Of a stretch of 64,000 bases of DNA, positions 47,601 to 62,600 are shown piece by piece. Made by a program: the position numbers and the translations under genes. The stretch is from Selaginella moellendorffii (taxonomy: Eukaryota > Plantae > Lycopodiophyta). Within the stretch, counting starts at the first letter, position 1. The number at the start of each line of letters is the position of its first letter. The notes beneath the pieces are model-generated. The model saw only the letters and a program-made list of their open reading frames with translations, was not told the DNA's origin and did no database searches. Where the stretch lies: positions 647,889-711,888 of the forward strand of contig NW_003314328.1 of assembly GCF_000143415.4 (NCBI RefSeq), read 5' to 3'.

Positions 47601-50600
47601 ATTCCACGCAGGCGATGGATCCCATGGTAGAGGACACACTGGCAGCAGCTGCCAGTCTAGACATTCCCAAGCAAGTAGCAGAGGAGGTAATCAATATCGA
47701 GGAGCCAAAGCAAGTTTCTGAACGTGAGCACCACCTGCTCGTCCCAGTAGAAAAAGTCCCACAGCCCACAGGCAAGGCTGTTAAGGAGCCACAGGCTGTG
47801 CCTAAGGCAGTTCCTGAGGCTGCAAAGGAGGTGGAACTGGCCGAGCCACCTGCAGCTCCAGCAGCAATCCCTGCAGTCAACAATGTATTTCCCGCACACA
47901 ACGAAATCAAGGTGGAAGAGAGAATTGAGACGGCCGACGTGGCTGTGGAAGACAAGGAGGAGAATGCTGACGACAAGGAGAGTGTTCCAGATGCGATCGT
48001 AAAGGAGGGAGAAAAGTTGGCAGAGCCAGATATTGAGAGTCCTGTGCCAGAATACATGCATGCAACGGAACCCGCGCTGGAGACACTGCTAGCAGCCCCA
48101 TCAAGAGAAGACATTCACGAGCAAGTGCCAGAGGAGGAAATCAAAGTCAAGGAGGCACAACAAGTTTCCAAACGTGAGATCAAAGAAGATGTCCAGCAGG
48201 CTGCGGACGAGGCTTTCCAAAAGAAAGGCGATGAGCCTGAGCCTGAGGCCGTGCCTGAGAAACCTGACGAGGCTGCTAAGAAGGTGGAACTGGCTGAGCC
48301 AGTCGCAGCTCCAGCAGCAACGTCCGCGGTGAATGACGTCTTGCCCACACAGCACGAAATCAAGGAGGAAGAGAGCATAGAGCCAGCTGCTCTGCACGAC
48401 CAGGTGGAGAATGGTGAGGCCGGGGAGAGTGCTCCAGACGCGATCGTGGAGGAGCCAGGGATCGAGAGTGCTCTGCTGGATTCCATGCATGCGGCAGATC
48501 CCGTTCTGGAGGACACACACGCAGCAGCTCCTGCCAGTGAACACATTAACAGGCAAGTGGAATACGAGGAAATCAAAGTCGAGAAGCCACAACAACATTC
48601 CAAACGCAAGGTGAAGCTGCCCGTCCCAGTAGAAGAACTCCCACACACAACGAACAAAGCCGTCCAGGAGCCAGAGGCTGTTCCAAAGCCAGAGGCCGTG
48701 CCTGAGGCTGCTGAAGAGGCTGCCAAGGAGGTGGAACCGGCCGAGCCAGTCGTAGCTCAAGTACCAACTGCCACAGTGGATGACGTCTTACCCACACACG
48801 AAGAAATCAAGGAGGAAGAGAGCATAGAGCCGGCCAAGGTGGCTGTGGATGACCAGGTGGAGAATTTCAAGCCCAGGGAGAGTGCTTCAGTCGCGATCCT
48901 GCAGGAGGGAGAAAAGTTGGCGGTGCCAGAGATCGAGAGTGCTGCTCCAGATTCCATCCATGTGACAGATACCACAGTGGATGACACACAGCGAGCATCT
49001 CCTGCCAGTGAGGACATTCACGACAACGTGGAAGAGGAGCAAACCAAAGTCGAGGTGATGCATGAAGTTTCCGAACGCGAGGTTGAGCTTGCTGTCCCAG
49101 TAGAAGAACTCCCACCGTCAGGGAACGAAGAAGTCCAGGAGCCACAGCCTGTGCTTGACGCCGTTCCCGAGACAGAGGCCGTGCCTGAGGCTTCTGAAGA
49201 GGATGCCAAAGAGGTGCAACCAGCCGAGCCAGTTGTAGCTCAAGTACCAACCGCGAAAGTGCATGACGTCTTACCCGCACACGAGGAAATCAAGGAGGAA
49301 GAGAGCATAGAGCCGGCCAAGGTGGCTGTGGATGACCAGGTGGAGAATGTCGAGCCCAGGGAGAGTGCTTCAGTCGCGATCCTGCAGGAGGGAGAAAAGT
49401 TGGCGGTGCCAGAGATCGAGAGTGGTGCACTGGATTCCATGCATGCGACAGATGCCACAGTGGACGACACACAGCGAGCACCTCCTGCCAGTGAGGACAT
49501 TCACGAGAACGTGGAAGAGGAGCAAACAAAAGTCCAGGTGCCACATGAAGTTTCCGAACGCGAGGTCGAGCTTGCTGTCCCGGTAAAAGAACTCCCAGAG
49601 TCGGGGAATGAAGAAGTCCAGGACCCACAGCCTGTGCTTGAGGCCGTTCCCGAGCTTGAGGCCGTGCCTGAGGCTGCTGAAGAGGCTGTCAAGGAGGTGG
49701 AACCGGCCGAGCCAGTCGTAGCTCAAGTACCAACTACCACAGTGGATGACGTTTTACCCACACACGAGGAAATCAAGGAGGAAGAGAGCATAGAGCCGGC
49801 CAAGGTGGCTGTGGATGACCAGGTGGAGAATGTCGAGCCCAGGGAGAGTGCTTCAGTCGCGATCCTGCAGGAGGGAGAAAAGTTGGCAGTGCCAGAGATC
49901 GAGAGTGGTGCACCGGATTCCATGCATGCGACAGATGCCACAGTGGACGACACACAGCGAGCACCTCCTGCCAGTGAGGACATTCACGACAACGTGGAAG
50001 AGGAGCAAAGCAAAGTCGAGGTGCAGCATGAAGTTTCCGAACGCGAGGTCGAGCTTGCTGTCCCAGTAGAAGAACTCCCACAGTCGGGGAACGAAGAAGT
50101 CCAGGACCCACAGCCTGTGCTTGAGGCCGTTCCCGAGCTTGAGGCCGTGCCTGAGGCTGCTGAAGAGGCTGTCAAGGAGGGGGAACCGGCCGAGCCAGTC
50201 GTAGCTCAAGTACCAACTACCACAGTGGATGACGTTTTACCCACACACGAGGAAATCAAGGAGGAAGAGAGCATAGAGCCGGCCAAGGTGGCTGTGGATG
50301 ACCACGTGGAGAATGTCGAGCCCAGGGAGAGTGCTTCAGTAGCGATCCTGCAGGAGGGAGAAAAGTTGGCGGTGCCAGAGATCGAGAGTGGTGCTCCAGA
50401 TTCCATCCATGTGACAGATGCCACAGTGGACGACACACAGCGAGCATCTCCTGCCAGTGAGGACATTCACGACAACGTGGAAGAGGAGCAAAGCAAAGTC
50501 GAGGTGCAGCATGAAGTTTCCGAACGCAAGGTCGAGCTTGCCGTCCCAGTAGAAGAACTCCCACAGTCAGGGAACGAAGAAGTCCAGCAGCCACAGCCTG

Positions 50601-53600
50601 TGCTTGAGGCCGTTCCCGAGACAGAGGCCGTGCCTGAGGCTTCTGAAGAGGCTGCCAAAGAGGTGCAACCAGCCGAGCCAGTTGTAGCTCAAGTACCAAC
50701 CGCGAAAGTGGATGACGTCTTACCCGCACACGAGGAAATCAAGGAGGAAGAGAGCATAGAGCCGGCCAAGGTGGCTGTGGATGACCAGGTGGAGAATGTC
50801 GAGCCCAGGGAGAGTGCTTCAGTCGCGATCCTGCAGGAGGGAGAAAAGTTGGCAGTGCCAGAGATCGAGAGTGGTGCACCGGATTCCATGCATGCGACAG
50901 ATGCCACAGTGGACGACACACAGCGAGCACCTCCTGCCAGTGAGGACATTCACGAGAACGTGGAAGAGGAGCAAAGCAAAGTCGAGGTGCAGCATGAAGT
51001 TTCCGAATGCGAGGTCGAGCTTGCTGTCCCAGTAGAAGAACTCCCACCGTCAGGGAACGAAGAAGTCCAGGAGCCACAGCCTGTGCTTGAGGCCGTTCCC
51101 GAGACAGAGGCCGTGCCTGAGGCTTCTGAAGAGGATGCCAAAGAGGTGCAACCAGCCGAGCCAATTGTAGCTCAAGTACCAACTGCGAAAGTGGATGACG
51201 TCTTACCCGCACACGAGGAAATCAAGGAGGAAGAGAGCATAGAGCCGGCCAAGGTGGCTGTGGATGACCAGGTGGAGAATGTCGAGCCCAGGGAGAGTGC
51301 TTCAGTCGCGATCCTGCAGGAGGGAGAAAAGTTGGCGGTGCCAGAGATCGAGAGTGGTGCACTGGATTCCATGCATGCGACAGATGCCACAGTGGACGAC
51401 ACACAGCGAGCACCTCCTGCCAGTGAGGACATTCACGACAACGTGGAAGAGGAGCAAAGCAAAGTCGAGGTGCAGCATGAAGTTTCCGAACGCGAGGTCG
51501 AGCTTGCTGTCCCAGTAGAAGAACTCCCACAGTCGGGGAACGAAGAAGTCCAGGAGCCACAGCCTGTGCTTGAGGCCGTTCCCGAGACAGAGGCCGTGCC
51601 TGAGGCTTCTGAAGAGGATGCCAAAGAGGTGCAACCAGCCGAGCCAGTTGTAGCTCAAGTACCAACCGCGAAAGTGGATGACGTCTTACCCGCACACGAG
51701 GAAATCAAGGAGGAAGAGAGCATAGAGCAGGCCAAGGTGGCTGTGGATGACCAGGTGGAGAATTTCAAGCCCAGGGAGAGTGCTTCAGTCGCGATCCTGC
51801 AGGAGGGAGAAAAGTTGGCGGTGCCAGAGATCGAGAGTGCTGCTCCAGATTCCATCCATGTGACAGATGCCACAGTGGACGACACACAGCGAGCATCTCC
51901 TGCCAGTGAGGACATTCACGACAACGTGGAAGAGGAGCAAACCAAAGTCGAGGTGCAGCATGAAGTTTCCGAACGCAAGGTCGAGCTTGCCGTCCCAGTA
52001 GAAGAACTCCCACAGTCAGGGAACGAAGAAGTCCAGCAGCCACAGCCTGTGCTTGAGGCCGTTCCCGAGACAGAGGCCGTGCCTGAGGCTTCTGAAGAGG
52101 CTGCCAAAGAGGTGCAACCAGCCGAGCCAGTTGTAGCTCAAGTACCAACTGCGAAAGTGGATGACGTCTTACCCGCACACGAGGAAATCAAGGAGGAAGA
52201 GAGCATAGAGCCGGCCAAGGTGGCTGTGGATGACCAGGTGGAGAATGTCGAGCCCAGGGAGAGTGCTTCAGTCGCGATCCTGCAGGAGGGAGAAAAGTTG
52301 GCAGTGCCAGAGATCGAGAGTGGTGCACCGGATTCCATGCATGCGACAGATGCCACAGTGGACGACACACAGCGAGCACCTCCTGCCAGTGAGGACATTC
52401 ACGACAACGTGGAAGAGGAGCAAAGCAAAGTCGAGGTGCAGCATGAAGTTTCCGAACGCGAGGTCGAGCTTGCTGTCCCAGTAGAAGAACTCCCACAGTC
52501 GGGGAACGAAGAAGTCCAGGAGCCACAGCCTGTGCTTGAGGCCGTTCCCGAGACAGAGGCCGTGCCTGAGGCTTCTGAAGAGGATGCCAAAGAGGTGCAA
52601 CCAGCCGAGCCAGTTGTAGCTCAAGTACCAACCGCGAAAGTGGATGACGTCTTACCCGCACACGAGGAAATCAAGGAGGAAGAGAGCATAGAGCAGGCCA
52701 AGGTGGCTGTGGATGACCAGGTGGAGAATTTCAAGCCCAGGGAGAGTGCTTCAGTCGCGATCCTGCAGGAGGGAGAAAAGTTGGCGGTGCCAGAGATCGA
52801 GAGTGCTGCTCCAGATTCCATCCATGTGACAGATGCCACAGTGGACGACACACAGCGAGCATCTCCTGCCAGTGAGGACATTCACGACAACGTGGAAGAG
52901 GAGCAAACCAAAGTCGAGGTGCAGCATGAAGTTTCCGAACGCAAGGTCGAGCTTGCCGTCCCAGTAGAAGAACTCCCACAGTCAGGGAACGAAGAAGTCC
53001 AGCAGCCACAGCCTGTGCTTGAGGCCGTTCCCGAGACAGAGGCCGTGCCTGAGGCTGCTGAAGAGGCTGTCAAGGAGGTGGAACCGGCCGAGCCAGTCGT
53101 AGCTCAAGTACCAACCGCGAAAGTGGATGACGTTTTACCCACACACGAGGAAATCAAGGAGGAAGAGAGCATAGAGCCGGCCAAGGTGGCTGTGGATGAC
53201 CAGGTGGAGAATGTCGAGCCCAGGGAGAGTGCTTCAGTCGCGATCCTGCAGGAGGGAGAAAAGTTGGCAGTGCCAGAGATCGAGAGTGGTGCACCGGATT
53301 CCATGCATGCGACAGATGCCACAGTGGACGACACACAGCGAGCACCTCCTGCCAGTGAGGACATTCACGACAACGTGGAAGAGGAGCAAAGCAAAGTCGA
53401 GGTGCAGCATGAAGTTTCCGAACGCGAGGTCGAGCTTGCTGTCCCAGTAGAAGAACTCCCACAGTCGGGGAACGAAGAAGTCCAGGACCCACAGCCTGTG
53501 CTTGAGGCCGTTCCCGAGCTTGAGGCCGTGCCTGAGGCTGCTGAAGAGGCTGCCAAAGAGGTGCAACCAGCCGAGCCAGTTGTAGCTCAAGTACCAACCG

Positions 53601-56600
53601 CGAAAGTGGATGACGTCTTACCCGCACACGAGGAAATCAAGGAGGAAGAGAGCATAGAGCCGGCCAAGGTGGCTGTGGATGACCAGGTGGAGAATGTCGA
53701 GCCCAGGGAGAGTGCTTCAGTCGCGATCCTGCAGGAGGGAGAAAAGTTGGCAGTGCCAGAGATCGAGAGTGGTGCACCGGATTCCATGCATGCGACAGAT
53801 GCCACAGTGGACGACACACAGCGAGCACCTCCTGCCAGTGAGGACATTCACGAGAACGTGGAAGAGGAGCAAAGCAAAGTCGAGGTGCAGCATGAAGTTT
53901 CCGAACGCGAGGTCGAGCTTGCTGTCCCAGTAGAAGAACTCCCACCGTCAGGGAACGAAGAAGTCCAGGAGCCACAGCCTGTGCTTGAGGCCGTTCCCGA
54001 GACAGAGGCCGTGCCTGAGGCTTCTGAAGAGGATGCCAAAGAGGTGCAACCAGCCGAGCCAGTTGTAGCTCAAGTACCAACTGCGAAAGTGGATGACGTC
54101 TTACCCGCACACGAGGAAATCAAGGAGGAAGAGAGCATAGAGCCGGCCAAGGTGGCTGTGGATGACCAGGTGGAGAATGTCGAGCCCAGGGAGAGTGCTT
54201 CAGTCGCGATCCTGCAGGAGGGAGAAAAGTTGGCGGTGCCAGAGATCGAGAGTGGTGCTCCAGATTCCATCCATGTGACAGATGCCACAGTGGACGACAC
54301 ACAGCGAGCACCTCCTGCCAGTGAGGACATTCACGACAACGTGGAAGAGGAGCAAAGCAAAGTCGAGGTGCAGCATGAAGTTTCCGAACGCGAGGTCGAG
54401 CTTGCTGTCCCAGTAGAAGAACTCCCACCGTCAGGGAACGAAGAAGTCCAGCAGCCACAGCCTGTGCTTGAGGCCGTTCCCGAGACAGAGGCCGTGCCTG
54501 AGGCTTCTGAAGAGGATGCCAAAGAGGTGCAACCAGCCGAGCCAGTTGTAGCTCAAGTACCAACCGCGAAAGTGGATGACGTCTTACCCGCACACGAGGA
54601 AATCAAGGAGGAAGAGAGCATAGAGCCGGCCAAGGTGGCTGTGGATGACCAGGTGGAGAATGTCGAGCCCAGGGAGAGTGCTTTAGTCGCGATCCTGCAG
54701 GAGGGAGAAAAGTTGGCAGTGCCAGAGATCGAGAGTGCTGCACTGGATTCCATGCATGCGACAGATGCCACAGTGGACGACACACAGCGAGCATCTCCTG
54801 CCAGTGAGGACATTCACGACAACGTGGAAGAGGAGCAAACCAAAGTCGAGGTGCAGCATGAAGTTTCGGAACGCGAGGTTGAGCTTGCTGTCCCAGTAGA
54901 AGAACTCCCACCGTCAGGGAACGAAGAAGTCCAGGAGCCACAGCCTGTGCTTGAGGCCGTTCCCGAGACAGAGGCCGTGCCTGAGGCTTCTGAAGAGGAT
55001 GCCAAAGAGGTGCAACCAGCCGAGCCAGTTGTAGCTCAAGTACCAACCGCGAAAGTGGATGACGTCTTACCCGCACACGAGGAAATCAAGGAGGAAGAGA
55101 GCATAGAGCCGGCCAAGGTGGCTGTGGATGACCAGGTGGAGAATGTCGAGCCCAGGGAGAGTGCTTCAGTCGCGATCCTGGACGAGGGAGAAAAGTTGGC
55201 TGTGCCAGAGATTGAGAGTGCTGCACCGGATTCCATGCATGCAACAGATGCCACCCTGAAGGACACACAGCGAGCATCTTCTGCCAGTGAAGACATTCAC
55301 GAGAATGTGGAAGAGGAGCAAACCAACGTCGCAGTGCAACATGAAGTTTCCCAACGCGAGGTTGAGATTGCCATACCAGTAGAGGGAAGCCCGCAGCTCG
55401 TGAACGAAGCCGTCCAGGAGCCACAGCCTGTGCCTGAGGCCGTTCCCGAGCATGAGGCCGTGCCTGAAGCTGCCGAAGAGGCTGCCATGGAGGTGGAACC
55501 GGCGGAGCCAGTCGTAGCTCAAGTACCAACTGCCACAGTGGATGACGTCTTACCCACACACGAGGAAATCAATGAGGAAGAGAGCATAGAGCCGGCCAAG
55601 GTGGCTCTGGATGACAAGGTAGAGAATGTCGAGCCCCGGGAGAGTGCTTCAGTCGCGATCCTGGACGAGGGAGAAAAGTTGGCTGTGCCAGAGATTGAGA
55701 GTGCTGCACCGGATTCCATGCATGCAACAGATGCCACCCTGAAGGACACACAGCGAGCATCTTCTGCCAGTGAAGACATTCACGAGAATGTGGAAGAGGA
55801 GCAAACCAACGTCGCAGTGCAACATGAAGTTTCCGAACGCGAGGTTGAGATTGCCATAGCAGTAGAGGGACTCCCGCAGTTGGTGAACGAAGCCGTGCAG
55901 GAGCCACAGCCTGTGCCTGAGGCCATTCCCGAGCATGAGGCCGTGCCTGAAGCTGCCGAAGAGGCTGCCATGGAGGTTGAACCGGCGGAGCCAGTCGTAG
56001 CTCAAGAACCAACTGCCACAGTGGATGACGTCTTACCCACACACGAGGAAATCAATGAGGAAGAGAGCATAGAGCCGGCCAAGGTGGCTGTGGATGACCA
56101 CGTGGAGAATGTCAAGCCCAGGGAGAGTGCTTCAGTCGCGATCCTGGACGAGGGAGAAAAGTTGGCGGTGCCAGAGACTGAGAGTGCTGCACCGGATTCC
56201 ATGCATGCAACAGATGCCACCCTGGAGGACACACAGCGAGCATCTTCTGCCAGTGAAGACATTCACGAGAATGTGGAAGAGGAGCAAACCAACGTCGCAG
56301 TGCCACATGAAGTTTCCGAACGCGAGGTTGAGATTGCCATACCAGTAGAGGGACTCCCGCAGTTGGTGAACGAAGCCGTGCAGGAGCCACAGCCTGTGCC
56401 TGAGGCCGTTCCCGAGCATGAGGCCGTGCCTGAAGCTGCCAAAGAGGCTGCCATGGAGGTGGAACCGGCGGAGCCAGTCGTAGCTCAAGTACCAACTGCC
56501 ACAGTGGATGACATCTTACCCGCACACGAGGAAATCAAGGAGGAAGAGAGCATAGAGCCGGCCAAGGTGGCTGTGGATGACCACGTGGAGAATGTCAAGC

Positions 56601-59600
56601 CCAGGGAGAGTGCTTCAGTCGCGATCCTGGACGAGGGAGAAAAGTTGGCGGTGCCAGAGACTGAGAGTGCTGCACCGGATTCCATGCATGCGACAGATGC
56701 CACCTTGGAGGACACACAGCGAGCATCTTCTGCCAGTGAAGACATTCACCAGAATGTGGAAGAGGAGAAAACCAACGTCGCAGTGCCACATGAAGTTTCC
56801 GAACGCGAGGTTGAGATTCCCGTCCCAGTAGAAGTACTCCTGCAGTCAGGGAACGAAGAAGTCCAGGAGCCACAGCATGCGCTTGGGACCGTTCCCGAGC
56901 CAGAGGCCGTGCCTGAGGCTTCTGAAGAGGCTGCCAACGAGGTGGAGTCGGCCGAGCCAGTCGTAGCTCAAGAACCAACCGCCACAGTGGATGACATCTT
57001 ACCCGCACACGAGGAAATCAAGGAGAAAGAGAGCATAGAGCCGGCCAAGGTGGCTCTGGATGACCACGTGGAGAATGTCGAGCCCAGGGAGAATGCTTCA
57101 GTCGCGATCCTGGACGAGGGAGAAAAGTTCGCGGTGCCAGAGATCGAGAGTGGTGCAGCGGATTCCATGCATGCGACAGATGCCACAGTGGAGGACACAC
57201 AGCGAGCATCTTCTGCCACTGAAGAAATTCACGAGAACGGGGAAGAGGAGCAAAGCAATGTCGAAGTGCCACATGAAGTTTCCGAAGGCAAATTCGATCT
57301 TGCTGTCCCAGTAGAAGAACTCCCACAGTCGGGGAACGAAGAAGTCCAGGAGCCACAGCTTGTGCTTGAGGCCGTGCCTGAGGCTTCTGAAGAGGCTGTC
57401 AAGGAGGTGGAACCGGCCGAGCCAGTCGTAGCTCAAGTACCAACCGCCACAGTGGATGACATCTTACCCGCACATGAGGAAATCAAGGAGGAAGAGAGCA
57501 TAGAGCCGGCCAAGGTGGCTCTGGATGACAAGGTGGAGAATGTCGAGCCCCGGGAGTGTGCTTTAGTCGCGATCCTTGACGAGGGAGAAAAGTTGGCGGT
57601 GCCAGAGATTGACAGTGCTGCACCGGATTCCATGCATGCGACAGATGCCACCGTGGAGGACACACAGCGAGCATCTTCTGCCAGTGAAGACATTCACCAG
57701 AACGTGGAAGAGGAGAAAACCAACGGTTACGTGCCACATCAAGTATCCGAACGCGAGGTTGAGATTCCGATCCCAGTAGAAGGACTCCCGCAGTCGGGGA
57801 ACGAAGACGTCCAGGAGCCAGAGCATGCGCTTGAGGCCGTTCCCGAGCCGGAGGCCGTGCCTGAGGCTTCTGAAGAGGCTGCCAACGAGGTGGAGTCGGC
57901 CGAGCCACTCGTAGCTCAAGTACCAACCGCCACAGTGGATGACGTCTTACCCGCACACGAGGAAATCAAGGAGAAAGAGAGCATAGAGCCGGCCAAGGTG
58001 GCTCTGGATGACCACGTGGAGAATGTCGAGTCCAGGGAGAGTGCTTCAGTCGGGATCCTGGACGAGGGAGAAAAGTTGGCGGTGCCAGAGATTGACAGTG
58101 CTGCACCGGATTCCATGCATGCAACAGATGCCACCCTGGAGGACACACAGCGAGCATCTTCTGCCAGTGAAGACATTGACGAGAACGTGGAAGACGAACA
58201 AACCAACGTCGAGGTGCCACATTTAGTTTCCGAACGCAAGGTCAAGCTTGCCGTCCCAGTAGAAGAACTCCCACAGTCAGGGAACGAAGAAGTCCAGGAG
58301 CCACAGCCTGTGCTTGAGGCCGTTTCCGAGCTTGAGGCCGTGCCTGAGGCTTCTGAAGAGGCTGTCAAGGAGGTGGAACCGGCCGAGCCAGTCGTAGCTC
58401 AAGTACCAACCGCCACAGTGGATGACATCTTACCTGCACACGAGGAAATCAAGGAGGAAGAGAGCATAGAGCCGGCCAAGGTGGCTCTGGATGACAAGGT
58501 GGAGAATGTCGAGCCCCGGGAGTGTGCTTCAGTCGCGATCCTGCAGGAGGGAGAAGAGTTGGCGGTGCCAGAGATCGAGAGTGGTGCACCGGATTCCATG
58601 CATGCGACAGATGCCACAGTGGAGGACACACAGCGAGCATCTTCTGCCACTGAAGAAATTCACGAGAACGGGGAAGAGGAGCAAAGCAATGTCGAAGTGC
58701 CACATGAAGTTTCCGAAGGGAAATTCGATCTTGCTGTCCCAGTAGAAGAACTCCCACAGTCGGGGAACGAAGAAGTCCAGGAGCCACAGCCTGTGCTTGA
58801 GGCCGTGCCTGAGGCTTCTGAAGAGGCTGTCAAGGAGGTGGAACCGGCCGAGCCAGTCGTAGCTCAAGTACCAACCGCCACAGTGGATGACATCTTACCC
58901 GCACATGAGGAAATCAAGGAGGAAGAGAGCATAGAGCCGGCCAAGGTGGCTCTGGATGACAAGGTGGAGAATGTCGAGCCCCGGGAGAGTGCTTCAGTCG
59001 CGATCCTGCAGGAGGGAGAAAAGTTGGCGGTGCCAGAGATTGACAGTGCTGCACCGGATTCCATGCATGCGACAGATGCCACCGTGGAGGACACACAGCG
59101 AGCATCTTCTGCCAGTGAAGACATTCACGAGAATGTGGAAGAGGAGCAAACCAACGTCGCAGTGCTACATGAAGTTTCCCAACGCGAGGTTGAGATTGCC
59201 ATACCAGTAGAGGGACGCCCGCAGCTCGTGAACGAAGCCGTCCAGGAGCCACAGCCTGTGCCTGAGGCCGTTCCCGAGCATGAGGACGTGCCTGAAGCTG
59301 CCGAAGAGGCTGCCATGGAGGTGGAACCGGCGGAGCCAGTCGTAGCTCAAGTACCAACTGCCACAGTGGATGACATCTTACCCACACACGAGGAAATCAA
59401 GGAGGAAGAGAGCATAGAGCCGGCCAAGGTGGCTGTGGATGACCACGTGGAGAATGTCGAGCCCAGGGAGAGTGCTTCAGTCGCGATCCTGCAGGAGGGA
59501 GAAAAGTCGGCAGTGCCAGAGATGGAGAGTGGTGCACCGGATTCCATGCATGCAACCGATGCCACAGTGGACGACACACAGCGAGCACCTCCTGCCAGTG

Positions 59601-62600
59601 AGGACATTCACGAGAACGTGGAAGAGGAGCAAAGCAAAGTCGAGGTGCAGCATGAAGTTTCCGAACGCGAGGTCGAGCTCGCTGTCCCAGTAGAAGAACT
59701 CCCACAGTCGGGGAACAAAGAAGTCCAGGAGCCACAGCATGTGCTTGAGGCCGTTCCCGAGACAGAGGCCGTGCCTGACGCTGCTGAAGAGGCGGCCAAG
59801 GAGGTGCAACCGGCCGAGCCAGTTGTAGCTCAAGTACCAACCGCGACAGTGGATGACGTCTTACCCGCACACGAGGAAATCAAGGAGGAAGAGAGCATAG
59901 AGCCGGCCAAGGTGGCTGTGGAAGACCACGTGGAGAATGTCGAGCCCAGGGAGAGTGCTTCAGTCGCGATCCTGCAAGAGGGAGAAAAGTTGGCAGTGCC
60001 AGAGATGGAGAGTGGTGCACCGGATTCCATGCATGCAACAGATGCCACAGTGGACGACACACAGCGAGCACCTCCTGCCAGTGACGACATTCACGAGAAC
60101 GTGGAGGAGGAGCAAAGCAAAGTCGAGGTGCAGCATGAAGTTTCCGAACGCGAGGTCGTGCTTGCTGTCCCAGTAGAAAAACTCCCACAGTCGGGGAACA
60201 AAGAAGTCCAGGAGCCACAGAATGTGCTTGAGGCCGTTTTCGAGACAGAGGCCGTGCCTGAGGCTTCTGAAGAGGCTGCCAAAGAGGTGCAACCAGCCGA
60301 GCCAGTCGTAGCTCAAGTACCAACCGCCACAGTGGATGACATCTTACCCACACACGAAGAAATCAAGGAGGAAGAGAGCATAGAGCCGGCCAAGGTGGCT
60401 CTGGATGACAAGGTACAGAAGGTCGAGCCCCGGGAGAGTGCTTCAGTCGCGATCCTGGACGAGGGAGAAAAGTTGGCGGTGCCAGAGATTGACAGTGCTG
60501 CACCGGATTCCATGCATGCAACAGATGCCACCCTGGTGGACACACAGCGAGCATCTTCTGCCAGTGAAGACATTCACGAGAATGTGGAAGAGGAGCAAAC
60601 CAACGTCGCAGTGCTACATGAAGTTTCCCAACGCGAGGTTGAGATTGCCATACCAGTAGAGGGACGCCCGCAGCTCGTGAACGAAGCCGTCCAGGAGCCA
60701 CAGCCTGTGCCTGAGGCCGTTCCCGAGCATGAGGACGTGCCTGAAGCTGCCGAAGAGGCTGCCATGGAGGTGGAACCGGCGGAGCCAGTCGTAGCTCAAG
60801 TACCAACTGCCACAGTGGATGACATCTTACCCGCACACGAGGAAATCAAGGAGGAAGAGAGCATAGAGCCGGCCAAGGTGGCTGTGGATGACCACGTGGA
60901 TAATGTCAAGCCCAGGGAGAGTGCTTCAGTCGCGATCCTGGACGAGGGAGAAAAGTTGGCGGTCCCAGAGATCGAGAGTGCTGCACCGGATTCCATGCAT
61001 GCAACAGATGCCACCCTGGAGGACACACAGCGAGCATCTTCTGCCAGTGAAGACATTCACGAGAATGTGGAAGAGGAGCAAACCAACGTCGCAGTGGAAC
61101 ATGAAGTTTCCGAACGCGAGGTTGAGATTGCCATACTAGTAGAGGGACTCCCGCAGTTGGTGAACGAAGCCGTGCAGGAGCCACAGCCTGTGCCTGAGGC
61201 CGTTCCCGAGCATGAGGCGGAGCCTGAAGCTGCCGAAGAGGCTGCCATGGAGGTTGAACCGGCGGAGCCAGTCGTAGCTCAAGAACCAACTGCCACAGTG
61301 GATGACGTCTTACCCACACACGAGGAAATCAATGAGGAAGAGAGCATAGAGCCGGCCAAGGTGGCTGTGGATGACCACGTGGAGAATGTCAAGCCCAGGG
61401 AGAGTGCTTCAGTCGCGATCCTGGACGAGGGAGAAAAGTTGGCGGTGCCAGAGATTGAGAGTGCTGCACCGGATTCCATGCATGCAACAGATGCCACCCT
61501 GGAGGACACACAGCGAGCATCTTCTGCCAGTGAAGACATTCACGAGAATGTGGAAGAGGAGCAAACCAACGTCGCAGTGCCACATGAAGTTTCCGAACGC
61601 GAGGTTGAGATTGCCATACCAGTAGAGGGACTCCCGCAGTTGGTGAACGAAGCCGTGCAGGAGCCACAGCCTGTGCCTGAGGCCGTTCCCGAGCATGAGG
61701 CCGTGCCTGAAGCTGCCAAAGAGGCTGCCATGGAGGTGGAACCGGCGGAGCCAGTCGTAGCTCAAGTACCAACTGCCACAGTGGATGACATCTTACCCAC
61801 ACACGAGGAAATCAATGAGGAAGAGAGCATAGAGCCGGCCAAGGTGGCTGTGGATGTCCACGTGGAGAATGTCAAGCCCAGGGAGAGTGCTTCAGTCGCG
61901 ATCCTGGACGAGGGAGAAAAGTTGGCGGTGCCAGAGATTGACAGTGCTGCACCGGATTCCATGCATGCAACAGATGCCACCCTGGAGGACACACAGCGAG
62001 CATCTTCTGCCAGTGAAGACATTCACGAGAATGTGGAAGAGGAGCAAACCAACGTCGCAGTGCAACATGAAGTTTCCCAACGCGAGGTTGAGATTGCCAT
62101 ACCAGTAGAGGGAAGCCCGCAGCTCGTGAACGAAGCCGTCCAGGAGCCACAGCCTGTGCCTGAGGCCGTTCCCGAGCATGAGGCCGTGCCTGAAGCTGCC
62201 GAAGAGGCTGCCATGGAGGTGGAACCGGCGGAGCCAGTCGTAGCTCAAGTACCAACTGCCACAGTGGATGACGTCTTACCCACACACGAGGAAATCAATG
62301 AGGAAGAGAGCATAGAGCCGGCCAAGGTGGCTGTGGATGACCACGTGGAGAATGTCAAGCCCAGGGAGAGTGCTTCAGTCGCGATCCTGGACGAGGGAGA
62401 AAAGTTGGCGGTGCCAGAGATTGAGAGTGCTGCACCGGATTCCATGCATGCGACAGATGCCACCTTGGAGGACACACAGCGAGCATCTTCTGCCAGTGAA
62501 GACATTCACGAGAATGTGGAAGAGGAGCAAACCAACGTCGCAGTGCCACATGAAGTTTCCGAACGCGAGGTTGAGATTCCCGTCCCAGTAGAAGTACTCC